Part shown: positions 9,131 to 19,395 of the stretch, piece after piece
Layout of the letters: every line of letters starts with the position of its first letter
How positions within the stretch are numbered: position 1 is the first letter of the stretch
Sequence record: MK327936.1
Length of the DNA: 64,000 nucleotides
Source: Escherichia phage vB_EcoM_G2540
Strand: one strand, 5' to 3'
Position numbers and translations under genes: made by a program
The notes under the pieces: generated by a model
What the model saw: only the letters and a program-made list of their open reading frames with translations
Database searches by the model: none
Told to the model about the DNA's origin: nothing

Positions 9131-10305
9131 TGAGTATGTTGCAACGCCCCGGATATCCAAATCTCAGCGTTAAATTATTTGATAGCTACGACGCTTGGAG
9201 TAATAATAGATTTGTTGAATTAGCTGCTACTATTACCACATTAACTATGCGGGATTCTCTTTATGGACGAAATGAAGGAATGCTGCAGTTTTATGATTCT
9301 AAAAACATCCATACAAAAATGGATGGAAATGAAATAATTCAGATTTCTGTAGCTAATGCAAACGATATTAATAATGTTAAAACACGAATTTATGGATGTA
9401 AGCATTTTTCCGTGTCAGTAGATTCAAAAGGTGATAACATCATTGCTATTGAATTGGGAACTATTCATTCTATAGAAAATCTTAAATTTGGCCGACCATT
9501 TTTCCCTGATGCAGGTGAATCTATAAAAGAAATGCTTGGCGTCATTTATCAAGACCGCACATTATTAACTCCAGCAATAAATGCTATAAATGCTTATGTT
9601 CCTGATATTCCATGGACTAGTACATTTGAAAATTATTTGTCATATGTAAGAGAAGTTGCTCTAGCTGTAGGAAGCGACAAATTTGTATTTGTATGGCAAG
9701 ACATCATGGGAGTTAACATGATGGACTATGATATGATGATAAATCAAGAACCATATCCAATGATTGTCGGTGAGCCATCTTTAATAGGTCAATTTGTCCA
9801 AGAATTAAAATATCCATTAGCATATGATTTTGTTTGGTTGACTAAATCGAATCCTCACAAACGTGACCCAATGAAAAATGCTACTATCTATGCGCATTCA
9901 TTTTTAGATTCTTCACTGCCAATGATTACTACAGGAAAGGGCGAAAACTCTATTGTAGTGTCAAGATCAGGTGCTTATTCTGAAATGACTTATAGGAATG
10001 GATATGAAGAAGCTATTCGTCTTCAAACTATGGCACAATATGACGGCTATGCTAAATGTTCTACTGTCGGTAATTTTAACTTGACTCCTGGCGTTAAAAT
10101 TATTTTTAATGATAGTAAAAACCAATTTAAAACAGAATTTTACGTTGATGAAGTTATCCATGAATTATCAAATAATAATTCAGTAACTCATCTATATATG
10201 TTCACTAATGCAACGAAACTGGAAACAATAGACCCAGTTAAGGTTAAAAATGAATTTAAATCTGATACTACCACTGAAGAAAGTAGTTCTTCCAATAAGC
10301 AATAA
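9130..10305 (+). CDS. 27: Baseplate hub protein gp27
   Basis: 391 aa as T4 gp27; TAATG stop-start overlap with gene 51. Confidence 0.85.
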   Translation: MSMLQRPGYPNLSVKLFDSYDAWSNNRFVELAATITTLTMRDSLYGRNEGMLQFYDSKNIHTKMDGNEIIQISVANANDINNVKTRIYGCKHFSVSVDSKGDNIIAIELGTIHSIENLKFGRPFFPDAGESIKEMLGVIYQDRTLLTPAINAINAYVPDIPWTSTFENYLSYVREVALAVGSDKFVFVWQDIMGVNMMDYDMMINQEPYPMIVGEPSLIGQFVQELKYPLAYDFVWLTKSNPHKRDPMKNATIYAHSFLDSSLPMITTGKGENSIVVSRSGAYSEMTYRNGYEEAIRLQTMAQYDGYAKCSTVGNFNLTPGVKIIFNDSKNQFKTEFYVDEVIHELSNNNSVTHLYMFTNATKLETIDPVKVKNEFKSDTTTEESSSSNKQ

Positions 10306-10783
10306 AGAAGTTTCTATTCCTAAAATGGGTCTTAAACATTATAACATTTTAAAAGATGTTAAAGGTCCTGATGAAAATTTAAAACTTCTTATTGATTCTA
10401 TTTGTCCGAATTTATCACCGGCAGAAGTTGATTTCGTTTCTATTCATTTATTGGAATTTAATAGAAAGATTAAATCTCGTAAAGAAATAGATGGCTATAC
10501 TTATGACATTAATGATGTTTATGTGTGCCAAAGATTAGAATTTCAATACCAAGGAAATACATTTTATTTTAGACCTCCTGGAAAATTTGAACAATTTTTA
10601 ACGGTGAGCGATATGTTGTCTAAATGCTTGCTTAGGGTCAACGATGAAGTTAAAGAAATTAATTTTCTTGAGATGCCAGCATTCGTTTTAAAATGGGCAA
10701 ATGATATTTTTACAACTTTAGCAATTCCTGGCCCTAATGGTCCAATAACTGGAATTGGCAATATTATTGGATTATTTGAATGA
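10250..10783 (+). CDS. 28: Baseplate hub distal subunit gp28
   Basis: 177 aa as T4 gp28; ATG at 10250 overlaps the 3' end of gene 27. Confidence 0.7.
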   Translation: MNLNLILPLKKVVLPISNKEVSIPKMGLKHYNILKDVKGPDENLKLLIDSICPNLSPAEVDFVSIHLLEFNRKIKSRKEIDGYTYDINDVYVCQRLEFQYQGNTFYFRPPGKFEQFLTVSDMLSKCLLRVNDEVKEINFLEMPAFVLKWANDIFTTLAIPGPNGPITGIGNIIGLFE

Positions 10784-12552
10784 AAAAGCCACAAGAAATG
10801 CAAACGATGCGTAGAAAAGTTATTTCAGATAATAAACCAACACAAGAAGCGGCTAAATCCGCTTCTAACACTTTATCTGGACTTAATGATATATCTACGA
10901 AATTGGATGATGCTCAAGCTGCTTCTGAATTAATAGCTCAAACTGTCGAAGAAAAATCGAATGAAATAGTTGGAGCAATTGGTAACGTAGAAAGCGCAGT
11001 GAGTGATACTACTGCCGGTTCTGAGTTAATTGCTGAAACTGTCGAAATTGGCAACAATATTAATAAAGAAATCGGTGAATCACTCGGAAGCAAATTAGAT
11101 AAATTAACAAGTTTACTAGAGCAAAAAATCCAGACAGCTGGAATTCAACAGACTGGAACTAGTTTAGCCACTGTTGAAAGCGCTATTCCTGTTAAAGTCG
11201 TTGAGGATGATACTGCCGAATCTGTGGGTCCTTTATTACCAGCTCCCGAAGCAGTTAATAATGATCCTGACGCTGATTTTTTCCCTACCCCTCAGCCAGT
11301 TGAACCCAAACAAGAATCGCCAGAAGAAAAACAGAAAAAAGAAGCATTTAACTTAAAATTATCTCAAGCTTTAGATAAATTAACGAAGACTGTTGATTTC
11401 GGATTTAAAAAATCCATTTCAATTACTGATAAAATATCAAGCATGTTATTTAAGTACACCATCAGTGCTGCTATTGAAGCTGCTAAAATGACTGCAATGA
11501 TATTGGCTGTTGTTGTTGGAATAGACCTGTTGATGGTTCATTTTAAATACTGGTCAGATAAATTTTCAAAAGCCTGGGATTTATTTAATACTGACTTTAC
11601 TAAATTCTCTAGCGAAACCGGAACATGGGGTCCTTTATTACAGAGCATCTTTGATTCTATTGATAAAATTAAACAACTTTGGGAAGCGGGAGATTGGGGT
11701 GGATTGACAGCAGCTATTGTTGAAGGACTCGGAAGTGTTCTTTTTAATTTAGGTGAACTTATTCAATTAGGTATGGCTAAATTATCTGCAGCAATTCTTC
11801 GAGTCATTCCTGGTATGAAGGATACTGCTGATGAAGTAGAAGGAAGAGCATTAGAAAATTTCCAAAATTCTACTGGAGCATCTCTCAATAAAGAAGACCA
11901 GGAAAAAGTTGCAAATTATCAAGATAAACGAATGAACGGAGACCTTGGTCCGATAGCAAAAGGATTAGATAAAATTGCTAATTGGAAAACTCGTGCATCT
12001 AATTGGATTCGTGGGGTTGATAATAAAGAAGCACTAACGACTGATGAAGAGAGAGCAGAGGAAGAAGAAAAATTAAAGCAACTTTCACCTGAAGAAAGAA
12101 AAAATGCTTTAATGAAGGCTAATGAAGCCCGTGCCGCAATGATTCGCTTTGAAAAATATGCTGATTCAGCTGATATGAGTAAAGACTCAACAGTTAAATC
12201 AGTTGAATCTGCCTATGAAGACCTTAAAAAACGGATGGATGACCCGGATTTAAATAATTCACCGGCAGTTAAAAAAGAACTTGCTGCTAGATTTTCTAAA
12301 ATTGATGCTACTTATCAAGAGCTCAAGAAAAATCAGCCTAATGCCAAACCTGAAACTTCTGCTAAATCGCCAGAAGCAAAACAAGTCCAGGTAATAGAAA
12401 AGAACAAAGCACAGCAAGCTCCTGTTCAACAAGCATCTCCTTCAATCAACAATACTAATAATGTTATTAAGAAAAATACTGTCGTTCATAATATGACACC
12501 TGTCACAAGCACAACTGCTCCTGGTGTATTTGATGCGACTGGAGTTAATTAA
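10780..12552 (+). CDS. 29: Baseplate hub / tail-tube length determinator gp29
   Basis: 590 aa as T4 gp29; ATGA overlap with gene 28. Confidence 0.85.
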   Translation: MKKPQEMQTMRRKVISDNKPTQEAAKSASNTLSGLNDISTKLDDAQAASELIAQTVEEKSNEIVGAIGNVESAVSDTTAGSELIAETVEIGNNINKEIGESLGSKLDKLTSLLEQKIQTAGIQQTGTSLATVESAIPVKVVEDDTAESVGPLLPAPEAVNNDPDADFFPTPQPVEPKQESPEEKQKKEAFNLKLSQALDKLTKTVDFGFKKSISITDKISSMLFKYTISAAIEAAKMTAMILAVVVGIDLLMVHFKYWSDKFSKAWDLFNTDFTKFSSETGTWGPLLQSIFDSIDKIKQLWEAGDWGGLTAAIVEGLGSVLFNLGELIQLGMAKLSAAILRVIPGMKDTADEVEGRALENFQNSTGASLNKEDQEKVANYQDKRMNGDLGPIAKGLDKIANWKTRASNWIRGVDNKEALTTDEERAEEEEKLKQLSPEERKNALMKANEARAAMIRFEKYADSADMSKDSTVKSVESAYEDLKKRMDDPDLNNSPAVKKELAARFSKIDATYQELKKNQPNAKPETSAKSPEAKQVQVIEKNKAQQAPVQQASPSINNTNNVIKKNTVVHNMTPVTSTTAPGVFDATGVN

Positions 12553-12560
12553 GGAATAAT

Positions 12561-13655
12561 ATGGCAATTGTTAAAGAAATAACTGCTGATTTAATTAAAA
12601 AGTCCGGTGAGAAAATTTCAGCCGGACAGAGTACTAAATCAGAAGTAGGAACTAAAACATACACAGCCCAGTTTCCAACTGGGCGTGCTAGTGGTAATGA
12701 CACTACAGGGGACTTCCAGGTAACAGATCTGTATAAGAATGGATTATTATTTACTGCATACAATATGTCATCTAGGGATTCTGGAAGTCTTAGATCGATG
12801 AGATCTAACTACTCTTCTTCATCTTCGAGTATTTTACGTACAGCCAGAAACACTATTAGTAGTACAGTATCAAAACTATCAAATGGATTAATATCAAATA
12901 ATAATTCAGGAACAATAAGTAAAGCTCCTATCGCAAACATTCTTTTACCGAGATCTAAATCTGATGTTGATACATCATCACATAGATTTAATGATGTTCA
13001 AGAAAGCCTTATCAGTAGAGGCGGAGGTACTGCTACTGGAGTGCTAAGTAATATTGCTTCAACCGCAGTATTTGGGGCACTGGAAAGTATAACACAAGGT
13101 ATAATGGCTGATAATAATGAACAGATTTATACGACAGCCAGAAGTATGTATGGTGGTGCTGAAAATAGAACTAAAGTGTTTACATGGGATTTGACTCCAC
13201 GTTCAACAGAAGATTTAATGGCTATTATTAATATCTATCAATATTTTAACTATTTTTCTTACGGTGAAACGGGTAAATCTCAATATGCTGCTGAAATAAA
13301 GGGGTATTTAGATGATTGGTATCGTTCTACGTTAATTGAACCTTTATCTCCGGAAGATGCAGCTAAAAATAAAACACTATTTGAGAAAATGACATCGAGT
13401 TTAACTAACGTTCTAGTAGTTTCAAACCCGACAATTTGGATGGTGAAAAACTTTGGTGCAACATCTAAGTTTGATGGAAAAACGGAAATATTTGGTCCAT
13501 GTCAAATCCAGAGTATCAGATTTGATAAAACACCTAATGGTAACTTTAACGGATTAGCTATTGCTCCAAACCTCCCTAGTACATTTACTCTCGAGATTAC
13601 TATGAGAGAAATTATCACGTTAAACCGTGCTTCTTTATATGCGGGGGCTTTTTAA
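12561..13655 (+). CDS. 48: Baseplate tail-tube junction protein gp48
   Basis: 364 aa as T4 gp48; AAGGA SD. Confidence 0.85.
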   Translation: MAIVKEITADLIKKSGEKISAGQSTKSEVGTKTYTAQFPTGRASGNDTTGDFQVTDLYKNGLLFTAYNMSSRDSGSLRSMRSNYSSSSSSILRTARNTISSTVSKLSNGLISNNNSGTISKAPIANILLPRSKSDVDTSSHRFNDVQESLISRGGGTATGVLSNIASTAVFGALESITQGIMADNNEQIYTTARSMYGGAENRTKVFTWDLTPRSTEDLMAIINIYQYFNYFSYGETGKSQYAAEIKGYLDDWYRSTLIEPLSPEDAAKNKTLFEKMTSSLTNVLVVSNPTIWMVKNFGATSKFDGKTEIFGPCQIQSIRFDKTPNGNFNGLAIAPNLPSTFTLEITMREIITLNRASLYAGAF

Positions 13656-14620
13656 TGTATTCTTTAGAGGAATTTAATAATCAAGCAATAAACGCAGATT
13701 TCCAACGTAATAATATGTTTAGCTGCGTTTTTGCAACAACTCCATCAACTAAAAGCTCTTCGTTGATAAGTTCAATTAGCAACTTTTCTTATAATAACTT
13801 GGGCCTAAATTCAGATTGGCTAGGATTAACTCAAGGTGATATTAATCAGGGAATTACCACGCTAATTACAGCTGGCACACAAAAACTGATAAGAAAATCA
13901 GGGGTTAGTAAATATCTTATTGGTGCCATGAGTCAACGTACAGTTCAAAGTTTATTAGGCTCATTTACAGTTGGTACATATTTAATTGACTTCTTTAACA
14001 TGGCATATAACTCATCTGGATTGATGATATACTCTGTAAAAATGCCAGAGAATAGATTATCCTATGAAACTGACTGGAACTACAACTCTCCTAATATTCG
14101 TATAACTGGGAGAGAATTAGACCCTTTGGTTATTTCATTTAGAATGGATTCAGAAGCTTGTAACTATCGTGCAATGCAAGACTGGGTTAACGCTGTTCAA
14201 GACCCAGTAACTGGACTGCGTGCTTTGCCACAAGATGTCGAGGCAGATATTCAGGTTAATCTTCATTCTCGCAATGGATTACCTCATACTGCGGTAATGT
14301 TCACCGGATGCATTCCAATGTCAGTGAGCGCTCCTGAATTATCATATGATGGAGATAACCAAATAACTACATTTGATGTTACTTTTGCGTATAGAGTCAT
14401 GCAGGCTGGAGCAGTTGATAGGCAAGCTGCGCTTGAATGGCTTGAATCTGCTGCTATAAATGGTATTCAAAGCGTTCTCGGAAATAGTGGAGGTGTTACT
14501 GGACTATCTAATTCGCTTTCACGACTCAGTAGATTAGGTGGAACTGCAGGAAGCATTTCAAACATTAATACTATGACAGGAATTGTCAATTCGCAAAGTA
14601 AAATATTAGGAGCAATATAA
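13655..14620 (+). CDS. 54: Baseplate tail-tube initiator gp54
   Basis: 321 aa (T4 gp54 320 aa); TAATG overlap with gene 48. Confidence 0.85.
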   Translation: MYSLEEFNNQAINADFQRNNMFSCVFATTPSTKSSSLISSISNFSYNNLGLNSDWLGLTQGDINQGITTLITAGTQKLIRKSGVSKYLIGAMSQRTVQSLLGSFTVGTYLIDFFNMAYNSSGLMIYSVKMPENRLSYETDWNYNSPNIRITGRELDPLVISFRMDSEACNYRAMQDWVNAVQDPVTGLRALPQDVEADIQVNLHSRNGLPHTAVMFTGCIPMSVSAPELSYDGDNQITTFDVTFAYRVMQAGAVDRQAALEWLESAAINGIQSVLGNSGGVTGLSNSLSRLSRLGGTAGSISNINTMTGIVNSQSKILGAI

Positions 14621-14624
14621 CAAT

Positions 14625-14654
14625 GGGGACCTTTCGGTCCCCATATTTTTATTT
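14625..14654 (+). terminator. Rho-independent terminator after gene 54
   Basis: GGGGACC-TTTC-GGTCCCC hairpin followed by ATATTTTTATTT. Confidence 0.7.
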
Positions 14655-14939
14655 ACGGAATGAAATGAAAGCAGCAACTGAAGCAACTAAACTGTCTTCA
14701 ATATAAACTTCAATTTTTACCGGAGCTTCTGACTCAAATTTACCTGTTACTACACCCTGAAAAATACTTTCAGTCTGTTCTGGCTTTGAAAAATTTTCAG
14801 AAGGAAAAATTCCGAACTTTTTATCTGTTCCAAAAATTTTAATAAATTCATCGTAAACTGCTTCATTAAAAGCGTTATCAGCAGGAATAACGCCTTCAAC
14901 TACAAGTTCTTGACCTAAAAAGCGCAAAGAAGATTTCAT
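14649..14939 (-). CDS. Hypothetical early protein, 96 aa
   Basis: ORF with GAGGAA SD, directly downstream of an early promoter. Confidence 0.5.
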   Translation of the reverse strand: MKSSLRFLGQELVVEGVIPADNAFNEAVYDEFIKIFGTDKKFGIFPSENFSKPEQTESIFQGVVTGKFESEAPVKIEVYIEDSLVASVAAFISFRK

Positions 14940-14970
14940 TTTGTGTTCCTCATGTTATGTCAGTAAGACT

Positions 14971-14999
14971 ACTATAACACAACATAAGGAACTTGTAAA
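14971..14999 (-). promoter_or_regulatory. T4 early (sigma70-type) promoter
   Basis: minus strand: -35 TTTACA, 17 bp spacer, TGT-TATAGT extended -10; nearly identical copy upstream of alc. Confidence 0.55.
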
Positions 15000-17057
15000 C
15001 TACATTTTGAACTTTTTAGACATTCCGTTGATGTTAACCAAAGAAGCTAATATTTGAGAAACTTCGTTTTCCTCTTCTTTTGATTCTTCTACAAGGAATT
15101 GATTAAATCCAGCCATTGGACGAACTTCACCAGTTTCCATTAAATGGTCGCCATCATATACTGATTCTTCTAATTGTTCAGAAGGAGGAACGATTGTACC
15201 TTCGATTAGATACTTGTTATAAGCAGTTTCTTTCATAAAGTACGTACTTACTTTATTAATCTTTAGTAAAATTCCGCGCGGTAGAATAACTTCAGCTTCT
15301 GATGGAAATCCTGATAAATGACCTGGAACGATAACTTTGATTCGCTCAGCTCCTTTAATTACCATACCCACGCTAGTTTCAGCATCTTCATTAGCATATG
15401 TAGAATGACTACCCATATGCATCAAATCTTCTGCATCAACGGAATCTTCTCCTTCACCAGAAAATACTGCGCCGGAATCATCTAGAGCCATATAGTTTTT
15501 ACCATGCTCACCGAAGATATTTGGTTTAAGCGATGTGGATACGAAGTTCTTGAAATAAAACATTTTATTTTCAATGTTATGACGCAAAGTTTTAAAGGTA
15601 ACTTCTTGTCCACGGTAAAGCGTAGTTCCTGGAGGAAGAACTGAACCTTTAGCGAATGCAGAATCCAACGTCTCGATGTGCTTAATAGCACGTTCCATAT
15701 ATTCTTCACGGGTAGAATCTGGTTTACCCAAAAGGAACGAGTTCATTTCAACATATGAATCAGCACAATAATCTTCAATTACGTCAGATTCAGCCTGAGT
15801 TAATCCTTTTGGAGTTACTTCGGTGCTTGCGTATTCATACGCCTGGGCGGCAGATTCATTAATCAATTTATAAATGCCATTCATGACGAATTGAATAATA
15901 GCTGTCTTTTCATCTGGCGTGGCTTTAGAACCTTTAACTAAATCATTAATAATTTTCTTAATAACATCAAAGCTATTAGAAATATTAATGTCAGCAAGAT
16001 CGCTTAAAATTTTATCAGTTTTATAATCAAAGAATTCTTTATTCTTTAAATATTCTTGAGAACCTTGATATGTTATATCGCTCTGCAGCTTGATAGATGG
16101 ATCACGTAAACGCGCATGGGCCAATGCGATATGATTTCGGAAGTTTTCTAGTTCATAATCGCTAGATTTAAAACGAGAAGCACTCCTCATACCACCAATA
16201 GCTCCTTTGCTGAAGTTTGAACCAATCTGAATAACGCCAGAGTTCATTGGTCCTTCTGCTTTATACACCGGAACTTTAAATTCAAACTCTTGATATTTCT
16301 TAGCAGCGAAGCTATCACCCTGAAGTGAAGCATCGACAGTAGAATATTGAGCTTGTGCTGCTAATCGACGACTGATTTTAGTTTTCTGAATAACAGCTTG
16401 GTCCGTGCGTTTATCATTTTCTAAAGCAATAGAAGCAGCAACAGCGACAGCTTTAGGAACAGCATTTCCTGTTTTAACGTCTACATAAACATCACCGACC
16501 TTTGATTCAACTTTTGTGAATAACTCAGTTGAAATAGGAGGTACACCTGGAATGTCTTCTAAATTGGCATTTTTACGGTAAACCATAATATATGCGTACT
16601 TTTTATCGTAATCCCAGATTTCCTTTAAAAGAACATATCGACCTGCTCCTTTAGTACGTACTAAACGGTCAGCAATAACTTGCATTTGACGAGCAGCGCC
16701 ATTTGTTTTACTCTTTAGTACGCGAAATAAGCATGCATCAATTTTATACTGTTTCATTGTTTGAAGAGCAGTATCAAAAACAGCATTAATGACGCCAATT
16801 GGATTTCCACCCAAGTTTTTAAGCTTAACTAACGATAATTTCTCGTTGACACCTATCATTACGATATGCATCATTTTATCGCCTGGCTTAACGTTTTTAT
16901 TCGTATCACCGCCAGAGGTGTATGTACAAAATCTAAATCCAGGAAGCACGCTTTCTTCACCGGCTTGAATAGCAAAAATTTGTGGTATTTTATGCTTAGG
17001 ATTTAAGTTAACAACCGGCGCCGAAGCGCCGTCAAATAATTCTGTAATAAGTTCCAT
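15000..17057 (-). CDS. Alt-like ADP-ribosyltransferase, second paralog
   Basis: 685 aa; N-terminus MELITELFD shared with adjacent alt; R-S-E motifs (TLYRGQ, FVSTSL, EAEVILPRG). Confidence 0.8.
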   Translation of the reverse strand: MELITELFDGASAPVVNLNPKHKIPQIFAIQAGEESVLPGFRFCTYTSGGDTNKNVKPGDKMMHIVMIGVNEKLSLVKLKNLGGNPIGVINAVFDTALQTMKQYKIDACLFRVLKSKTNGAARQMQVIADRLVRTKGAGRYVLLKEIWDYDKKYAYIMVYRKNANLEDIPGVPPISTELFTKVESKVGDVYVDVKTGNAVPKAVAVAASIALENDKRTDQAVIQKTKISRRLAAQAQYSTVDASLQGDSFAAKKYQEFEFKVPVYKAEGPMNSGVIQIGSNFSKGAIGGMRSASRFKSSDYELENFRNHIALAHARLRDPSIKLQSDITYQGSQEYLKNKEFFDYKTDKILSDLADINISNSFDVIKKIINDLVKGSKATPDEKTAIIQFVMNGIYKLINESAAQAYEYASTEVTPKGLTQAESDVIEDYCADSYVEMNSFLLGKPDSTREEYMERAIKHIETLDSAFAKGSVLPPGTTLYRGQEVTFKTLRHNIENKMFYFKNFVSTSLKPNIFGEHGKNYMALDDSGAVFSGEGEDSVDAEDLMHMGSHSTYANEDAETSVGMVIKGAERIKVIVPGHLSGFPSEAEVILPRGILLKINKVSTYFMKETAYNKYLIEGTIVPPSEQLEESVYDGDHLMETGEVRPMAGFNQFLVEESKEEENEVSQILASLVNINGMSKKFKM

Positions 17058-17060
17058 GAT

Positions 17061-19154
17061 TTATCCTTGAACGAACTTGTAAGGCATGTTTGTAATATCT
17101 ATGCAAGACGCAATAATTCCAAGAGATGATTCTACTTTCTGTTTAACGTTTGATGAAACAAATGATGCAAAGTCAACTCTGTCTTCTATTTCAATATCAC
17201 CTGTCATTGCAACCAATTCACCAGTTTCCATTAAATGGTCTCCATCATAGATTACCGATTCGGTGAGCTCTTCCGTGGTCATAACTTCAGCTTGAATGAG
17301 TTTTGTATTATTAGATGTTGTTCCGTCATTATTAGAAGCATCAGTTATTTTATTAACTTTGACCATCAATCCACGCGGTAGAATAACTTCAGCTTCTGTT
17401 GCTATTCCGAGACTTCCTGGATATACAACATTAACTTTATGAGCTCCATCAATTGCCCATCCTATTTGAACTTTAACGTATTCAGGATTTTCTTTATACG
17501 CTCTTATTTCGTTTGGATTAATAGTTATTCCTTCTTCATTTTTATCAACTGTTAATTCATTGCGAGCTTCTGGTTCTAAAAGACCAATACCAGCATGTGT
17601 AATTCCAAAACGTCCAAAAATGATAGGAGTTAAAGAAGTAGATACAAAATTTCTGAAGTAGAACACTTTATTTTTAACTAACGCTTCATATATAGGAGCA
17701 GTCATACTTTGAGCACGATAAACTGTAATGCCTTCTGGTATACGGTCACCATTTTCAAAAGCTGAATCTAAGTTATTTATAGCAGATTCAATTTCTTTTT
17801 CACTCATTACATCATATCGTTCTGGATTGTAACGACCTAAAAGAAGATTATTGATGTCAGTATATCCTGAACCGCAATATTCTCTAATGCCACGCTTTTG
17901 TGATGGAGTATATTTAGAACCATCGCGGGCAATAGTAATATCAATCATTGGACCAGCACCAATTCCAGAAAAACTGTAAATCATTCGTTTGAGGAATTTA
18001 GTTTTTGCTGCGTTCCAGGAATTTTTAGTTATTTCTTCCCAGACTTCATCTGGTTGTCCTTTACGATTTTTATTATGATTAGCAAGCCATTTATCTTTAT
18101 AATCTTCAAAGAATTGATTTACAGCTGCTGCGTATTTCTCTAAACATTTTATTGAAGTAGTTGGTTCATTTTTAATTGCATTAAAAATTACTTCTTTAAT
18201 TTTTTCTGAAACTTCACCGACTTGACTCATTGGAAAGAATTTATAATCATAGTGAAGTTCATCTGCCGTTCCTTCAGCAATAATTTTTGCTGCCTTTGTT
18301 TTAGAAGCTAATGAATTAATTCCAATTTTCATTTCTTCTGCTTCGGGAATTAAAGGTGCAGTAGCTGGTTTATTAAAATTAGCTGCTGTAGATTCATACT
18401 TCTGGAATAATTCACTTTCAAATCTAGAAGATTCCAATGACTGACTTTGTGCAATTGCTCTACGGGAAATTTTAACTTTAACGATTACGGCTTGGTCAGA
18501 ACGTTTATCATTTTCTTGTGCAATTGATGCTGCAATTGCCTCATTTTTAGTTACTTGGGCTCCAGTATCTTTATTGATATAAACATCACCAACCTTCGAT
18601 TCAACCTTAGTAAAGAGTTCAGTACTAATTTCTGGAACTCCTGGAATGTCTTCTAGTGATACGTTTTTACGATGTATAAGAATATATGCATACTTTTTAT
18701 CGTAATCCCAGAGTTCCTTAAGAAGGACGTATCTGCCACCTGAACGACTACGGATAAGTCTATCAGCAATAAGTTGAATTTGTCGAGCTTGACCGGCGGT
18801 TTTAGACTTAAGAATGCGTAGCATACATGCATCAATTTTATACTGTTTCATTGTTTGCATTGCTACGGTAAATACTGAATTGATGTAATTAATAGGACTC
18901 GGTCCAAGACCCTTTAATTTAGCAATTGACCCCTTTGCAGTTAATGTAAAAGGAACGATATGCATCATTTTATCGCCCATTTTTAAATCGCGATTAGTAT
19001 CACCTCCAGATGTATAGGTACATAAACGAAAGCCTGGTTGTTCAATTGCATCATCAACATGAACTGAAAAAATTTGTGGTATTTTCTTCTTTGGATTTAA
19101 GTTTGTAATCGGAAGAGTAGTATCTTCGTCAAATAATTCTGTAATGAGTTCCAT
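17061..19154 (-). CDS. alt: Alt ADP-ribosyltransferase
   Basis: 697 aa from second Met (MELITELFD...); R-S-E motifs (TVYRAQ, FVSTSL, EAEVILPRG); late promoter immediately upstream. Confidence 0.85.
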   Translation of the reverse strand: MELITELFDEDTTLPITNLNPKKKIPQIFSVHVDDAIEQPGFRLCTYTSGGDTNRDLKMGDKMMHIVPFTLTAKGSIAKLKGLGPSPINYINSVFTVAMQTMKQYKIDACMLRILKSKTAGQARQIQLIADRLIRSRSGGRYVLLKELWDYDKKYAYILIHRKNVSLEDIPGVPEISTELFTKVESKVGDVYINKDTGAQVTKNEAIAASIAQENDKRSDQAVIVKVKISRRAIAQSQSLESSRFESELFQKYESTAANFNKPATAPLIPEAEEMKIGINSLASKTKAAKIIAEGTADELHYDYKFFPMSQVGEVSEKIKEVIFNAIKNEPTTSIKCLEKYAAAVNQFFEDYKDKWLANHNKNRKGQPDEVWEEITKNSWNAAKTKFLKRMIYSFSGIGAGPMIDITIARDGSKYTPSQKRGIREYCGSGYTDINNLLLGRYNPERYDVMSEKEIESAINNLDSAFENGDRIPEGITVYRAQSMTAPIYEALVKNKVFYFRNFVSTSLTPIIFGRFGITHAGIGLLEPEARNELTVDKNEEGITINPNEIRAYKENPEYVKVQIGWAIDGAHKVNVVYPGSLGIATEAEVILPRGLMVKVNKITDASNNDGTTSNNTKLIQAEVMTTEELTESVIYDGDHLMETGELVAMTGDIEIEDRVDFASFVSSNVKQKVESSLGIIASCIDITNMPYKFVQG

Positions 19155-19179
19155 CATATCCTCTCTAGTGTTTATTCTA

Positions 19180-19187
19180 TTTATAAA
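19180..19187 (-). promoter_or_regulatory. T4 late promoter (TATAAATA) for alt
   Basis: rc of 19180-19187 is TATAAATA, 26 nt upstream of the alt ATG. Confidence 0.6.
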
Positions 19188-19206
19188 ATTAAAGGCCCGA
19201 AGGCCT

Positions 19207-19395
19207 TTAATAATCTATTGGTAAGAGAGTACGATATATTTCAAACTTTGGACCTTTTTCATAGGCATCAAATGTTTCTGTGAATTTATTATAAGCATAT
19301 GCATCTATAAATTCAATCATGATTTGTGATACAGAAGTAGAAACATCTCCACCTTCTTTTTGAGCCACGACAATTGTTTCTAAGTAAGCTTTCAT
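19207..19395 (-). CDS. Hypothetical protein, 62 aa
   Basis: ORF overlapping the ligase stop; followed by GGCC-CGAA-GGCC hairpin. Confidence 0.4.
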   Translation of the reverse strand: MKAYLETIVVAQKEGGDVSTSVSQIMIEFIDAYAYNKFTETFDAYEKGPKFEIYRTLLPIDY

